DNA of 34,716 nt from Candidatus Woesearchaeota archaeon (GCA_018302765.1 JAGVZG010000024.1:1-34716); one strand, 5' to 3'. Counted from the first letter of the stretch, positions 1 to 9,870 are shown. Numbers and translations: made by a program. The notes: generated by a model from the sequence alone, not told the origin.

Positions 1-1378
1 GTGCTGTAGTCTTCTTGCAAGCTCCAGAATCACATGTCTGATTAACACTGCAATCTGAATTACTGCTGCAGCTTGTTATGCTAGGAACAGCGCCAGAAAC
101 ACATTCATTATTTCTGCAAGTTCCGCTTGGGCAATCAGCATCAGTAGTACATCCTAACAAAACAGAAGAAGCACATCTATTATTAGCACAATTATTGCTC
201 TGACATTGATTATTTGAAATACAATAATCTCCTTCTGATGATTTGCACACGCCGCCACTACAAGTATCACCAATAGAACAGTTACTATCTTGTGAACATG
301 ACTTTTCACAAATACCAGAAAGGCAATTATTGCTTAGACATTCAGAAGACAAACTACAAATCTGTCCTTCTTCATCTTTACAAAATCTTTCATCGCAAAT
401 TTGTCCAGCAGCGCAGTCAAAATCAGTACCGCAAGGCGCTATAGGAAATGTAAAAACACCGGGAACACATTTTCCATTTTGACATTGATTAGTTGAACAT
501 TCATAACTATTCTGGCAATTTTCATTCTCAGATTTTCTAGCAACACAGCTATAACTTTGGCCACTTGAACTGCAATAATTATTTAAAGCACAAACTTGTA
601 CATTCCTAACACTATTTGTCTGATCCACTTCTACACAAGCACTTAATAAATTATTTGAATAAAGATAATTTACACAGCTCAAATTGCTGCCAGAGCCACA
701 ACTTCCTGCAATATTTTTTATTGCATTATAGCCACCAGAAGTAAATGTGTAGCCTTCAGCTGTAAAAACATCATCTAATGCCCTATATATTGCATCTTGT
801 TGTTGAGACAAAACACAAGATCCACTATTTCTATCACAATTAAAACCACCTAAGCAAGGAGTATCAGGGCATAAATTATCTGGCACTCCATTACTATTAC
901 AGTCTTCCCCAGTTACGCCTGCATAAACAACAATAGAACAATCACATTTGTTGGTTTGAACATCACATCTTCTGCTAAGACATTGATTATTTGCACTGCA
1001 ATAATCTCCTATATTGCCTTTTGGTAAGCAACTTATTTTATCTACAAAAATATCCCTACTTCTTATGTAATATTGAGAAATGCCACAATAAGTGCTAGCG
1101 CTACAAACATAAGCAGTCTTAAAAAGATCATTATAGCAACCATATGGTTCTGAACTAGAACACTGCCAACGGCCAGGAACAATAAGTCCGTCATCAGTTT
1201 CTTGATCCTGAACAAAACCACACTCACCTTCGTAATTATTATCTAAGACCCTATAGCTTGTATACCAGGGCAGTGTTCCTAAACCACCAAGACCTCCTAT
1301 TTCGCCAAAAGCAAAAACACTAAAAGAAGTAATTATAATAAACAAAAAAACACAAAATAAAAATATACCTCTTTTCAT
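1..1378 (-). CDS. Secreted cysteine-rich repeat protein (partial, runs off the left edge; absent from the ORF track)
   Basis: ATG at 1376-1378, MKRGIFLFCVFLFIIITSFSVFA signal peptide. I translated 2-1020 and the N-terminal region by hand without a stop. At least 8 modules of C-x5-C-x4/5-C-x4/6-C, e.g. CISNNQCQSNNCANNRC and CTTDADCPSGTCRNNEC. Confidence 0.9.
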   Translation of the reverse strand, partial: MKRGIFLFCVFLFIIITSFSVFAFGEIGGLGGLGTLPWYTSYRVLDNNYEGECGFVQDQETDDGLIVPGRWQCSSSEPYGCYNDLFKTAYVCSASTYCGISQYYIRSRDIFVDKISCLPKGNIGDYCSANNQCLSRRCDVQTNKCDCSIVVYAGVTGEDCNSNGVPDNLCPDTPCLGGFNCDRNSGSCVLSQQQDAIYRALDDVFTAEGYTFTSGGYNAIKNIAGSCGSGSNLSCVNYLYSNNLLSACVEVDQTNSVRNVQVCALNNYCSSSGQSYSCVARKSENENCQNSYECSTNQCQNGKCVPGVFTFPIAPCGTDFDCAAGQICDERFCKDEEGQICSLSSECLSNNCLSGICEKSCSQDSNCSIGDTCSGGVCKSSEGDYCISNNQCQSNNCANNRCASSVLLGCTTDADCPSGTCRNNECVSGAVPSITSCSSNSDCSVNQTCDSGACKKTTA

Positions 1379-1405
1379 AATCAAATATTAATTACATTGC
1401 AATAT

Positions 1406-2014
1406 TTAAACATTCCTTTTTATTGTCCAAATACCAACTTTGAATTTATGTTTTTCCTTTTTATGAAACCTGTAAATTTTACCAATTGCAAAATCTCTCT
1501 CAACTATATTCTGAACTGCAAAATCCCTTTCTTCGCATAGTTTTTCTATAAAATTTTTGCTTTCTATTTTATGTATGGAATAAATATTGTCTGTATATTT
1601 CATTGCAACTTCTAAGAATGATTTGTCTGCCTTTCTCTTTTGAACTCCAAACGGTGGATTCATAATAACTGTATTGACTTTTTTACTAAATAATGAAACA
1701 TCGCCCAAAACCAGTTCATAATTTTCTCCAGAATAAAAATTCAATAAATTAACTTTGCAAACTTCCAAGGCATTTTTGTCAGAATCTAAAAAGTAAACAA
1801 ATTTCGCTCCTAATAATAAAGCACCAATACCTAATATTCCATTGCCGCATCCAAAATCTGCAACAACTTTTCCATTTATGTCTCCACTTTGATAAGCAAG
1901 CCACAACAATTCAGAAGCAATATTGCTATCACTTTCATACTGTTCTAAGTTAACATTAAACTTTATTAAATGCTGAAGCCTGCTTAATTCTATGGCTAAT
2001 TTTTTCTTATTCAT
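1406..2014 (-). CDS. METTL5-like SAM-dependent (rRNA) methyltransferase
   Basis: LEQY near the N-terminus, motif I VADFGCGNGILGIG, motif IV MNPPFG. Confidence 0.85.
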   Translation of the reverse strand: MNKKKLAIELSRLQHLIKFNVNLEQYESDSNIASELLWLAYQSGDINGKVVADFGCGNGILGIGALLLGAKFVYFLDSDKNALEVCKVNLLNFYSGENYELVLGDVSLFSKKVNTVIMNPPFGVQKRKADKSFLEVAMKYTDNIYSIHKIESKNFIEKLCEERDFAVQNIVERDFAIGKIYRFHKKEKHKFKVGIWTIKRNV

Positions 2015-2065
2015 AAAAATAAGAGAAAAACAAAATAAATAAAATTTACGCTAGAAAAACAAGTC

Positions 2066-3922
2066 CTAACTTTCTTGAACAAGTGCATATACTATATTTG
2101 ATTTACCAGAGAAAGGCATATTGGTTATTTCCAAAGTGTTGTCTCCTACACTTACAGGTAATAACTGATAAACTTTCACCCATGCACTTGTAAGATTAGT
2201 ATTAGCATCTCTTTTATATAAAGCAAACTTATTTTCATTATAGCCTACTAACTCACTATCATTCCAATGCCATCTTGCTACTTCTATATTTCCACTTCCA
2301 AATGGATAGCTTATTTTAACAAATTTATTTTCAAAAGATCTAACATTTCCAGGAAGTGGCGCAACTGAAGAATTTGATGAAGACCAGCTTAAAACATAAC
2401 TTCCAGTAAGATCTACTATATCAAACATACTAAATCTAGTATAGTCTTTAAAGTCTCCTCTAGGATTATCAAATACTACATCTGAAAAACCAACAAAATT
2501 TTTCCTTAATGGGTTTGGAGATGGATTTTCAATATATATATCGCCTCCCCTATTTCCATAATAATGATCACCAGTAATAGAAGCCATGCTACTAATATAA
2601 GAATTAGTTATATATGTTCCATAATTATTATTATAAATATTATTATATCCTAATGAATTATCTGCTCCACTAATAATAACAATACCACGATAACTAGAAC
2701 TAATCTTATTATAACCAATCCATGTGCTATTAGAATTACTTATATAAACTCCCTCTCTAAGGTTATTAAAAATAGTATTTGAAAATAATCTTATATTTTT
2801 AGATAAAGTTATCGAAACACCGCTCCACATATTACCATAAATTGAATTATTCAACAATAGATTATTATTAACACTATCAAAAATAACTCCATATTCTCTG
2901 TTTCCCAAAATAACATTATTTGAAAGAATATTATTACTTGAAGTTCTATCCGGACTATAATAACCTTTCGCATTTAAATAAGAAGATTTTCCTGCTATTT
3001 TAATTCCATTACCTGTATTATAAATATTATTTGAATCAATAACTGTAGAACTTGTATTATAAAGATCTACTGCAAGACCGGTTGTGCTACCACTAGTAGA
3101 AATTCCATTGGAAGATATTTCATTAGAATAACTCTGATAACTTCCTATGCTTGTCCCAGCATTTAATACTGTATTAAAATTAATAATACTGTTGGAAGAC
3201 TTTGTTAAATTTAATCCAACATCAATGCTACTAATTTTATTAGAAAATACTTTAGCTGATTTAACATCTTGTAGAAATACCCCAGTAACATTCCAATTAG
3301 TAGCTCTAGAATAATTTATAGGATTACTAGGATTATAATTAGAATATATAGAACAAGAAGAAATATTAACATTATTTGCTGAAAAAACAGAAATTGCCAT
3401 GCCCTCAAATGTTGGCTGATCAAATACAGTTATTGCATGACCATTGCAATCTAAATTAACATCAGAAGAAGTTATTTTAATACAAGAATATGAATTACTT
3501 AGGCCTTGAGGACTATTGCTTATAGGGGCACCTGTTAAATCTGTAGTAAGAACATAATTACCAGGAGTATCTATAACTGTACAAGCACTAACATCCAAAG
3601 AAGTTGCTGTAGACAGCTCCAAATGTTTTTTTGAAATTGGTGGAGCCTTAGGAACTACAAACCTGGGAACTGCAAAACTCCCATATTTAGTAGTAATTGT
3701 TTTCTCAATAGGAAGTCTTTCAACAATAAGAGGTGAAGAAGCATTAGTTACAACTGGTTTCAAACTAGCAGTTTCTGTTGCCTTCCTAAAAAATTTAAAT
3801 TTACTAAATTCTAAAATTGGATTTCCTGTCACATTGTCACTTGAATAAAAACCTAAAAACATAAATACTAAAAATAAAACTAGAAGACCACCAACAAACT
3901 TCATCCAAAAGCCTCTTTCCAT
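2066..3922 (-). CDS. Membrane-anchored right-handed parallel beta-helix (NosD/CASH-type) surface protein
   Basis: N-terminal hydrophobic helix; CTVIDTPGNYVLTTDL entry motif; many Asn/Ser-rich repeats (NNxIxxNxxxGIxL); distinct C-terminal beta domain. Confidence 0.8.
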   Translation of the reverse strand: MERGFWMKFVGGLLVLFLVFMFLGFYSSDNVTGNPILEFSKFKFFRKATETASLKPVVTNASSPLIVERLPIEKTITTKYGSFAVPRFVVPKAPPISKKHLELSTATSLDVSACTVIDTPGNYVLTTDLTGAPISNSPQGLSNSYSCIKITSSDVNLDCNGHAITVFDQPTFEGMAISVFSANNVNISSCSIYSNYNPSNPINYSRATNWNVTGVFLQDVKSAKVFSNKISSIDVGLNLTKSSNSIINFNTVLNAGTSIGSYQSYSNEISSNGISTSGSTTGLAVDLYNTSSTVIDSNNIYNTGNGIKIAGKSSYLNAKGYYSPDRTSSNNILSNNVILGNREYGVIFDSVNNNLLLNNSIYGNMWSGVSITLSKNIRLFSNTIFNNLREGVYISNSNSTWIGYNKISSSYRGIVIISGADNSLGYNNIYNNNYGTYITNSYISSMASITGDHYYGNRGGDIYIENPSPNPLRKNFVGFSDVVFDNPRGDFKDYTRFSMFDIVDLTGSYVLSWSSSNSSVAPLPGNVRSFENKFVKISYPFGSGNIEVARWHWNDSELVGYNENKFALYKRDANTNLTSAWVKVYQLLPVSVGDNTLEITNMPFSGKSNIVYALVQES

Positions 3923-3985
3923 TGAATTAAATCTTCATAAAAGAACTATTAAAAGATACCGATACTATTAACTAATAACAAATTA

Positions 3986-4420
3986 TTACTTTCTTACAAA
4001 GTCTCCTATAGTTAAAGCAGAATTATTAACTTTTGTTATTGGTGCTTCAGCTATTTTTTCTTTAACCACAAGTTTCAATCCTAAAAATCTTTCCAGCTTT
4101 CTAGCTAATTTTATACTAGGTTTAATAGAACCTTGCTCAATCTTAGATAATAAAGATTCCTTTTCATTTATTGAATTGGCAAGATCATGCTGACTTAATC
4201 CTCTGCTCTCCCTTGAGTTTTTAACAATTACACTAAAATCATCTGTAATGCAATCAACAACTTCATTCTTTATATTAATAATCCTTTCATGTTTCTTAAC
4301 AATAGGTTCTTCAATAACCTTCCCAAATTTCTTGCAGTTGGAGCAAACTCTTAATTTAATTCCTTCAACAAAAGCAGAAAATAAAACACTTTCACTTCCA
4401 CAAAGCTCACAATTAACCAT
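3986..4420 (-). CDS. mbf1: Archaeal multiprotein bridging factor 1 (Zn ribbon + HTH)
   Basis: CELCG...VCSNC zinc ribbon; RESRGLSQHDLA...SKIEQG...ARKLERFL HTH; LTIGD C-terminus. Confidence 0.9.
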   Translation of the reverse strand: MVNCELCGSESVLFSAFVEGIKLRVCSNCKKFGKVIEEPIVKKHERIINIKNEVVDCITDDFSVIVKNSRESRGLSQHDLANSINEKESLLSKIEQGSIKPSIKLARKLERFLGLKLVVKEKIAEAPITKVNNSALTIGDFVRK

Positions 4421-4474
4421 GAGATTAAAAATATCAAGATGTTTATAAAAATTATTAATGCCAAAAATACCTAG

Positions 4475-5128
4475 TTATTCCTTAAGATTCTGAGTAATTA
4501 AATATTCAGGAGTATATCCTTCAAACTTCTTATGAAAATTTACTACTATTGTTGGAGCTGTAGTAACATTGTAATAACTTACAAAAGACCTTAGGGCAGT
4601 ATCATTAAAGTCCTTGTCAAAAGACAATACAACAGTATTTTTGTATTTTTTAACTATATTGTCTAAAACATAACCTTGGTTCAATGAATATTGATTGTTC
4701 TCAACATTGTAAAAAAACAAAATTATATTGGACTCATCATCCGGGCAAATATCAATCATTTGTCTCTTCAAAGTATAAGTCTTGATTTCAAACAAAAAGT
4801 ATTTTCTTTTAAGGACTTCATAGTAATCTCCATGAGATATGCTCTTCGCGTCATATCTTGCAAGAGTATTACCTATGTCAGCTAAATCCCCACCTAAAGC
4901 CTGAACCCTATTTAATAATAAACTACAATCTTTAGCTCCAAAAGTTTCAAAAAAATCTTTTTCAATAACAAAACTATCAACATCCAATTGCTTGTTCAAC
5001 AAAGAATTATCAGCATTGCCAATCCTATAACTATCCAGCAAAAATCCAGCATATAAACCAGCAACAAATATAACTAAAGCTAACAAAAGTGCAGTAAACA
5101 GCATTATTTTCCTGAATACATTTACCAT
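4475..5128 (-). CDS. Membrane-anchored hypothetical protein with a thioredoxin-like C-terminal domain
   Basis: N-terminal TM helix; ILFFY...QGYVL...VLSFD...APTIVVN pattern resembles a Trx fold, but there is no CxxC. Confidence 0.55.
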   Translation of the reverse strand: MVNVFRKIMLFTALLLALVIFVAGLYAGFLLDSYRIGNADNSLLNKQLDVDSFVIEKDFFETFGAKDCSLLLNRVQALGGDLADIGNTLARYDAKSISHGDYYEVLKRKYFLFEIKTYTLKRQMIDICPDDESNIILFFYNVENNQYSLNQGYVLDNIVKKYKNTVVLSFDKDFNDTALRSFVSYYNVTTAPTIVVNFHKKFEGYTPEYLITQNLKE

Positions 5129-6369
5129 TTTCTCTCAGCCCTAAATAATTCCAATACTAAAGCATGAACCCACTGCATGCTTCTAAATATTGGATAAACA
5201 AATAAATATAATAATGAAGGTATATAAAACCTCCACTTCTCTCCAACGTAATCATGGGCAGATAAATACAAATATAGACCAAGAATTAAGACAACTGTAG
5301 AGGGAAATAAAAGCTTAAAATTTGTATTTAAAATAAGCTGTTGAATTCCTGGATAAGTAAAATCAAATATGCCAAATCTTTTTATGTAAATCTCAAATAT
5401 AAAGTCTATTAAAATGTCTAAAAAATGATAACTAAATACTATAACTGAAATAAACACAATCAATAAAAAAAACACTTCTATTGGAATTTGAAATAAACCT
5501 AATAAACCAAAATTCTTATTGAATATAAATTTCCTGTACTTGATGTTATTGTGTATAAAACCCCTAAACCATCTTACTCTCTGCATCCACATCTTTCTCA
5601 TTGTCTCAGGCACATTGGTATGGAAGTTGCCATTCTCACACATAACAATTCTATAGCCGTTGTATCTTAATTTCAGAGCAATCTCAAGATCTTCAGTTAG
5701 ATTGCCAGTGTCGTATCCTCCTAAATTCCTAATAACTTTCGTTCTAAACAAACTAAGGGCATTTGTAATATGTAACGTATCAACTGACCCTAATAATTTC
5801 CTTACAAATGCTGCCATTATATACTCCAGTCTCTGCATCTTCGCAATCCAATTGCCTTTATTTTTTATCAGTGTAATAGCTACAACTGCAGCAACATCAG
5901 AATTTCCTTGCTCAAAAAATCTTGTAATCATGTTTTTTAGCAGATTTCTAGAAGATATGGAATCTGCATCATAAACCCAAAAAAACCCTCCTCTTGCAAT
6001 CTTTAGCGCGGTATTCAAAGCCCCAGCCTTGCCTAAATTTAGCTTATGTCTAATCAAATTTATATTAGAATAATTTCCATTTTTTATAAATTTTTTAACA
6101 ACATCAAAAGTAGAATCGCTGCTCTTGTCATCAACAACTATAATCTCAATTTTATCTTTGGGATAATTCTGGTGTAATATAGAATTCAAGGTTGGAATTA
6201 TAGTATCTTCCTCATTCCAAACAGGAACAGCCACAGTAACAAAAGGTAAATCTTTTAATTTAATATTATCAATTTTGTAATTTTTAGAAGTATAATTAAC
6301 TATAACCCACAGCAAAGCTACAAATACAGATATAAAAGACAATACCCAAATATAAATCTCAAATATCAT
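5122..6369 (-). CDS. Processive family 2 glycosyltransferase (PgaC/IcaA/cellulose-synthase-like)
   Basis: PVWNEE, VDDKSSD, GKAGALN, DADS, TEDLE and QRVRW motifs; one N-terminal and several C-terminal TM helices. Confidence 0.9.
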   Translation of the reverse strand: MIFEIYIWVLSFISVFVALLWVIVNYTSKNYKIDNIKLKDLPFVTVAVPVWNEEDTIIPTLNSILHQNYPKDKIEIIVVDDKSSDSTFDVVKKFIKNGNYSNINLIRHKLNLGKAGALNTALKIARGGFFWVYDADSISSRNLLKNMITRFFEQGNSDVAAVVAITLIKNKGNWIAKMQRLEYIMAAFVRKLLGSVDTLHITNALSLFRTKVIRNLGGYDTGNLTEDLEIALKLRYNGYRIVMCENGNFHTNVPETMRKMWMQRVRWFRGFIHNNIKYRKFIFNKNFGLLGLFQIPIEVFFLLIVFISVIVFSYHFLDILIDFIFEIYIKRFGIFDFTYPGIQQLILNTNFKLLFPSTVVLILGLYLYLSAHDYVGEKWRFYIPSLLYLFVYPIFRSMQWVHALVLELFRAERKW

Positions 6370-6407
6370 GACAATAAAACCTATAACTAAATCTTATTAA
6401 TCTTACG

Positions 6408-7826
6408 TTATGATTTGATATTTCTATTATACCAAACATCAACTTCAGTATTATTAAATGCTTTAAAAAATAAAGCAGGGCTGTACTTAAGCAAAAACAT
6501 AAAGCCCTTGTCTTCATTGTTAAATACTTCCTTCTTAAGTCTATTATCTATAAAAATATAACCAACATCATGTTTGTTAAGCAAAGAAACTGTAAGATTT
6601 ATATCTATGTTATTAAACAAAAAATCAATATCCTTTTTTCTGACAATTGGTTCTGGAGCATACAAAAAGTTTTCATCCAGCAATGTTTTTTTGCCAATGT
6701 AATTTATATAATTTCCAAAACGGTAGTCTGCTAGAACAGTTCCTTCAGAATTTTTATCTTCTAAAAATCTTATACCCTCAAAAAAACTAGGCGTTGGCTC
6801 AAAACTGGAAACTTGGTTATAAAAAACTAATAAAGAAAATAAAAGTCCGCAAAAAATAACAAGCAGTGTTAAAAACTTAAATGACCTCTCCTTCCACTCT
6901 CCAAAAATAAAAGGCATCAATCCAAAGGCAGCAAAAAAAGCGATAATAAAAGACAAATAAGACAGTAAGAAATTAAAATAGTAACTCAAAAACAATAACA
7001 AAAATATAAACAAATAAACAAATAAAAACCTGAGTTTAATATTATAGTATTTATATATGCCTATAAAAGCGAGAAATAACATAAAAAAGCCAAACCCATA
7101 CTTCCCTCCGAATCCAAAAACTACAAAAGAAATTAAACCTGAAAAACTAAACTTGGTAAAACCTAAAACAGATTGAGACAAACCCAAAGTAAATATGCTA
7201 TAAAATTGAATCAAAAATACAAAAATAAAACCAATAAAAATAATATAAAAATCATCAAATTTTTCTTTCTTTAGGCAATAACAGAAAAATAAAAATAATA
7301 CAACCAAGAGCGACAAAATTGAAAAGAAGCCTGTAAAAAAGAAAGATATAAAACCAAATAACTTTCTATCTATGGCAAACATATAAAATCCAAGCAATAT
7401 AAAAAAAATAGATGCAGAATATTTAGTAGAAGTAGAAAACAAATATAAAAATGCAGGAGAAATAATCAAAAGAAAAGAAGAAACAAACTTTATCTCTGGC
7501 TTGATCTTACTAACTAAAAGATAAAACACAATAAAAGAAAGCAGTCCAAAAATAAAAGGCAGGAATCTGGACAGAAAAACAGGATTAATGCTTAATAAAA
7601 TATACCAAGCTTTTTCTTCAATAAACGGCTTGCCTCCATAACTTAAACTATCATAACTAATGGAGCTACTACTGCTAAATTCATTGGCAAACCTTAAGCT
7701 CTTGTAGCTGTCAGAACCTATAAGCAATCCATCGCTGAATTTTTCTCTTATTATTATTAGTGAAAGTAAAGAAATAATGCAAAGTAAAAATAAAAAATAA
7801 AAATAGATCTTAGCACTTAAAGACAT
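6408..7826 (-). CDS. Polytopic GT-C-fold membrane protein (PMT/STT3-like), paralog of the upstream gene
   Basis: DSYKSLR and YDSLSYGGK in the first loop; about 12 hydrophobic segments; soluble tail TVLADYRFG...LLNKHDVGYIFI. Confidence 0.6.
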   Translation of the reverse strand: MSLSAKIYFYFLFLLCIISLLSLIIIREKFSDGLLIGSDSYKSLRFANEFSSSSSISYDSLSYGGKPFIEEKAWYILLSINPVFLSRFLPFIFGLLSFIVFYLLVSKIKPEIKFVSSFLLIISPAFLYLFSTSTKYSASIFFILLGFYMFAIDRKLFGFISFFFTGFFSILSLLVVLFLFFCYCLKKEKFDDFYIIFIGFIFVFLIQFYSIFTLGLSQSVLGFTKFSFSGLISFVVFGFGGKYGFGFFMLFLAFIGIYKYYNIKLRFLFVYLFIFLLLFLSYYFNFLLSYLSFIIAFFAAFGLMPFIFGEWKERSFKFLTLLVIFCGLLFSLLVFYNQVSSFEPTPSFFEGIRFLEDKNSEGTVLADYRFGNYINYIGKKTLLDENFLYAPEPIVRKKDIDFLFNNIDINLTVSLLNKHDVGYIFIDNRLKKEVFNNEDKGFMFLLKYSPALFFKAFNNTEVDVWYNRNIKS

Positions 7827-9324
7827 AATATCTGCCTCCCCTTAATGAATCAAAGCATTTGCTTCTTTTAGCATACTTTAAACTATCTATCTTGTAAGTA
7901 TCTTTTGTATCGTCAGAAAGATAAATAAGTTTTACATCATATTTTCTTAGAAGGCTAGTAGCTATTGCCTCACTGACAGTTGTGTATACCACCTCAACAT
8001 CTTTTGCCCTGCCAACAGGGTTAGGAGCTAAAACAAAATCACTATCAACAACATTTCTCCTGTTTCCTATAGCTGCTATAAGATTACCCTCACCAAGATT
8101 TCCTAAAACAACAGTATCAACGTCTTTTGTATTAATACTAATCCAACTAACTTCCTTAAATTTAGAATTTGCAATTTCATTGCTGTCTTTAGCAGCAGAC
8201 AGCGAAGGCATAAAAGAAGAAAAAGCAAAAGCAATTAATAGTAAAATAGTAAATAAATTCCTAATATGTTTAAATTTTAAATTAGCCAGATAACTATAAA
8301 CCTTACTAAGAGAAACAGATGAAAAAATAGAAAGAGCCAAGCCTAAAAACATTAAGCCAAGAGAAATTGTTAAGAATCTAAATACAATTAACAGCAATAT
8401 AGAAATAGAAAAAGCAACAAACATAAAATCAATTTTTCTTTTTTCTCTGAATACAGATAAATAAACACCAAAGCTTCCAAATATTAAAGGTAATAACCCA
8501 ATTCCAATCAACAAATCTATAGGAACCAATTTCCTAAAAGAGTCACTAAGAATATTAGAAGGTATATTTTGCCATAAAACGCTCATTCCATAATCCAAAA
8601 AAGCTTTCTTGTATATTATAAACTGCAATAATATCATTAACAAAATTGAAAAAACTACTGCCTCTTTTTTTAACTTTGTTGCTGTTAATGCGCCGCCAGT
8701 TAGTAATAAAAAATAAATAAAAATAACTACGACAAATACCAACGCAGAAGAATGCAGCAAGGGCAACATAAATGAAGAAATAATAAAAAACCATAAATAA
8801 AACTTGTTCTCAAGGTTCAATAATGAATAAAGCATTAGAAATAAAACAGGTATTACTAAAGAATACACAGAAATATTATTGAGTGTTTCAAAAAAAAGAA
8901 TAGGATAAAACGAAGACAATAAAGCAGAAAATAAAGCCGCGTAACTGTTACCGCTCATGTTCTTAGCTATAATATAAACAACAAAAACAGTACAAGATAT
9001 TAGAATTTCTGGAATTAATTTAAGCATAAACATAGAGCCAAAAGTTAATAATGCCATCAAAATATGAAACAACGGAGGATAAAGCACAAGCCTCCCACCA
9101 TAACTTAGATCATCATAAACCAATATACTTTTCTCATGAACAATACTTTCTATATGCCTCAGATGAAAGTAAGAATCATCTGTATTAAAATGACCTGTCT
9201 GAAAAGCAAAATACAGTCTAAAACTCAGAACAAATAAAAACAATAAGAATAGTAATATGTACTCATTCTTGATTTTGCGTTTGAGTACTGCTATCATTTG
9301 TATTAGTATTAACCTCGCTTCCAA
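7810..9324 (-). CDS. Polytopic GT-C-fold membrane protein (PMT/STT3-like)
   Basis: DDSYFHLR, YDDLSYGGR, YPPLFH; many TM helices; tail VLGNLGEG...LLRKYDVKLIYL. The true start may be the ATG at 9297. Confidence 0.65.
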   Translation of the reverse strand: MEARLILIQMIAVLKRKIKNEYILLFLLFLFVLSFRLYFAFQTGHFNTDDSYFHLRHIESIVHEKSILVYDDLSYGGRLVLYPPLFHILMALLTFGSMFMLKLIPEILISCTVFVVYIIAKNMSGNSYAALFSALLSSFYPILFFETLNNISVYSLVIPVLFLMLYSLLNLENKFYLWFFIISSFMLPLLHSSALVFVVVIFIYFLLLTGGALTATKLKKEAVVFSILLMILLQFIIYKKAFLDYGMSVLWQNIPSNILSDSFRKLVPIDLLIGIGLLPLIFGSFGVYLSVFREKRKIDFMFVAFSISILLLIVFRFLTISLGLMFLGLALSIFSSVSLSKVYSYLANLKFKHIRNLFTILLLIAFAFSSFMPSLSAAKDSNEIANSKFKEVSWISINTKDVDTVVLGNLGEGNLIAAIGNRRNVVDSDFVLAPNPVGRAKDVEVVYTTVSEAIATSLLRKYDVKLIYLSDDTKDTYKIDSLKYAKRSKCFDSLRGGRYYVFKC

Positions 9325-9811
9325 ATATGGTCTGAATTTTGCTTCTTAACTGATTCTCAACGACATCAAAATAATCATAAAATTTAGTAGTCAGCTTTAA
9401 TATTCTTGTTCTTCCCATTGGCTCACTTACTATAAACCCAAATTCCTTTAGTAATTTTACATGGTCATAAGCACCGTTTCCCCTTATTTTTATTATCTCG
9501 CTTTGAGAAACAGGATTTTTATAAGCAATAATTGCTAAAGTTTCCTGAGTTGGTCTGTCTAGTTCAGAATCTGTCAGCAAATTTTCAGTTAAATACAAGT
9601 AATTTCTCTTGATGTTTAATTTCCATCTCTCACCCTGTTCTACTATTTCTAAGGCTGAACTCCTGACATCATAATCTTTTTTTAACTCCTGAAGAACATC
9701 TTTTAAATATCCAATACTTCCCATGCCGCAGAGTTTGCCTAATTCTTCTAGCTCTATAAACCTACCTATAGTAAATAAAACTGTCTCTACTTTATTCTTG
9801 TCTTCTTGCAT
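9263..9811 (-). CDS. scpB: SMC-Scp complex subunit ScpB
   Basis: ETLAIIAYKNPVSQSEIIKIRG and GRTRILKLTTKFYDYF winged-helix motifs. Confidence 0.92.
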   Translation of the reverse strand: MQEDKNKVETVLFTIGRFIELEELGKLCGMGSIGYLKDVLQELKKDYDVRSSALEIVEQGERWKLNIKRNYLYLTENLLTDSELDRPTQETLAIIAYKNPVSQSEIIKIRGNGAYDHVKLLKEFGFIVSEPMGRTRILKLTTKFYDYFDVVENQLRSKIQTIFGSEVNTNTNDSSTQTQNQE

Positions 9812-9870
9812 AAATGTTAAACACCTGTAATGATTTAAAAGGCTTGCGGCACACTTAGTATAAAAATAAA

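Noticed and set aside
243-482. 79-aa plus-strand ORF
   Set aside because: Antisense shadow of the Cys-rich gene.
1406-2014. Methyltransferase as the aRF1 Gln methylase (PrmC/Mtq2)
   Set aside because: LEQY and NPPFG fit the METTL5-like family rather than the NPPY-type HemK family.
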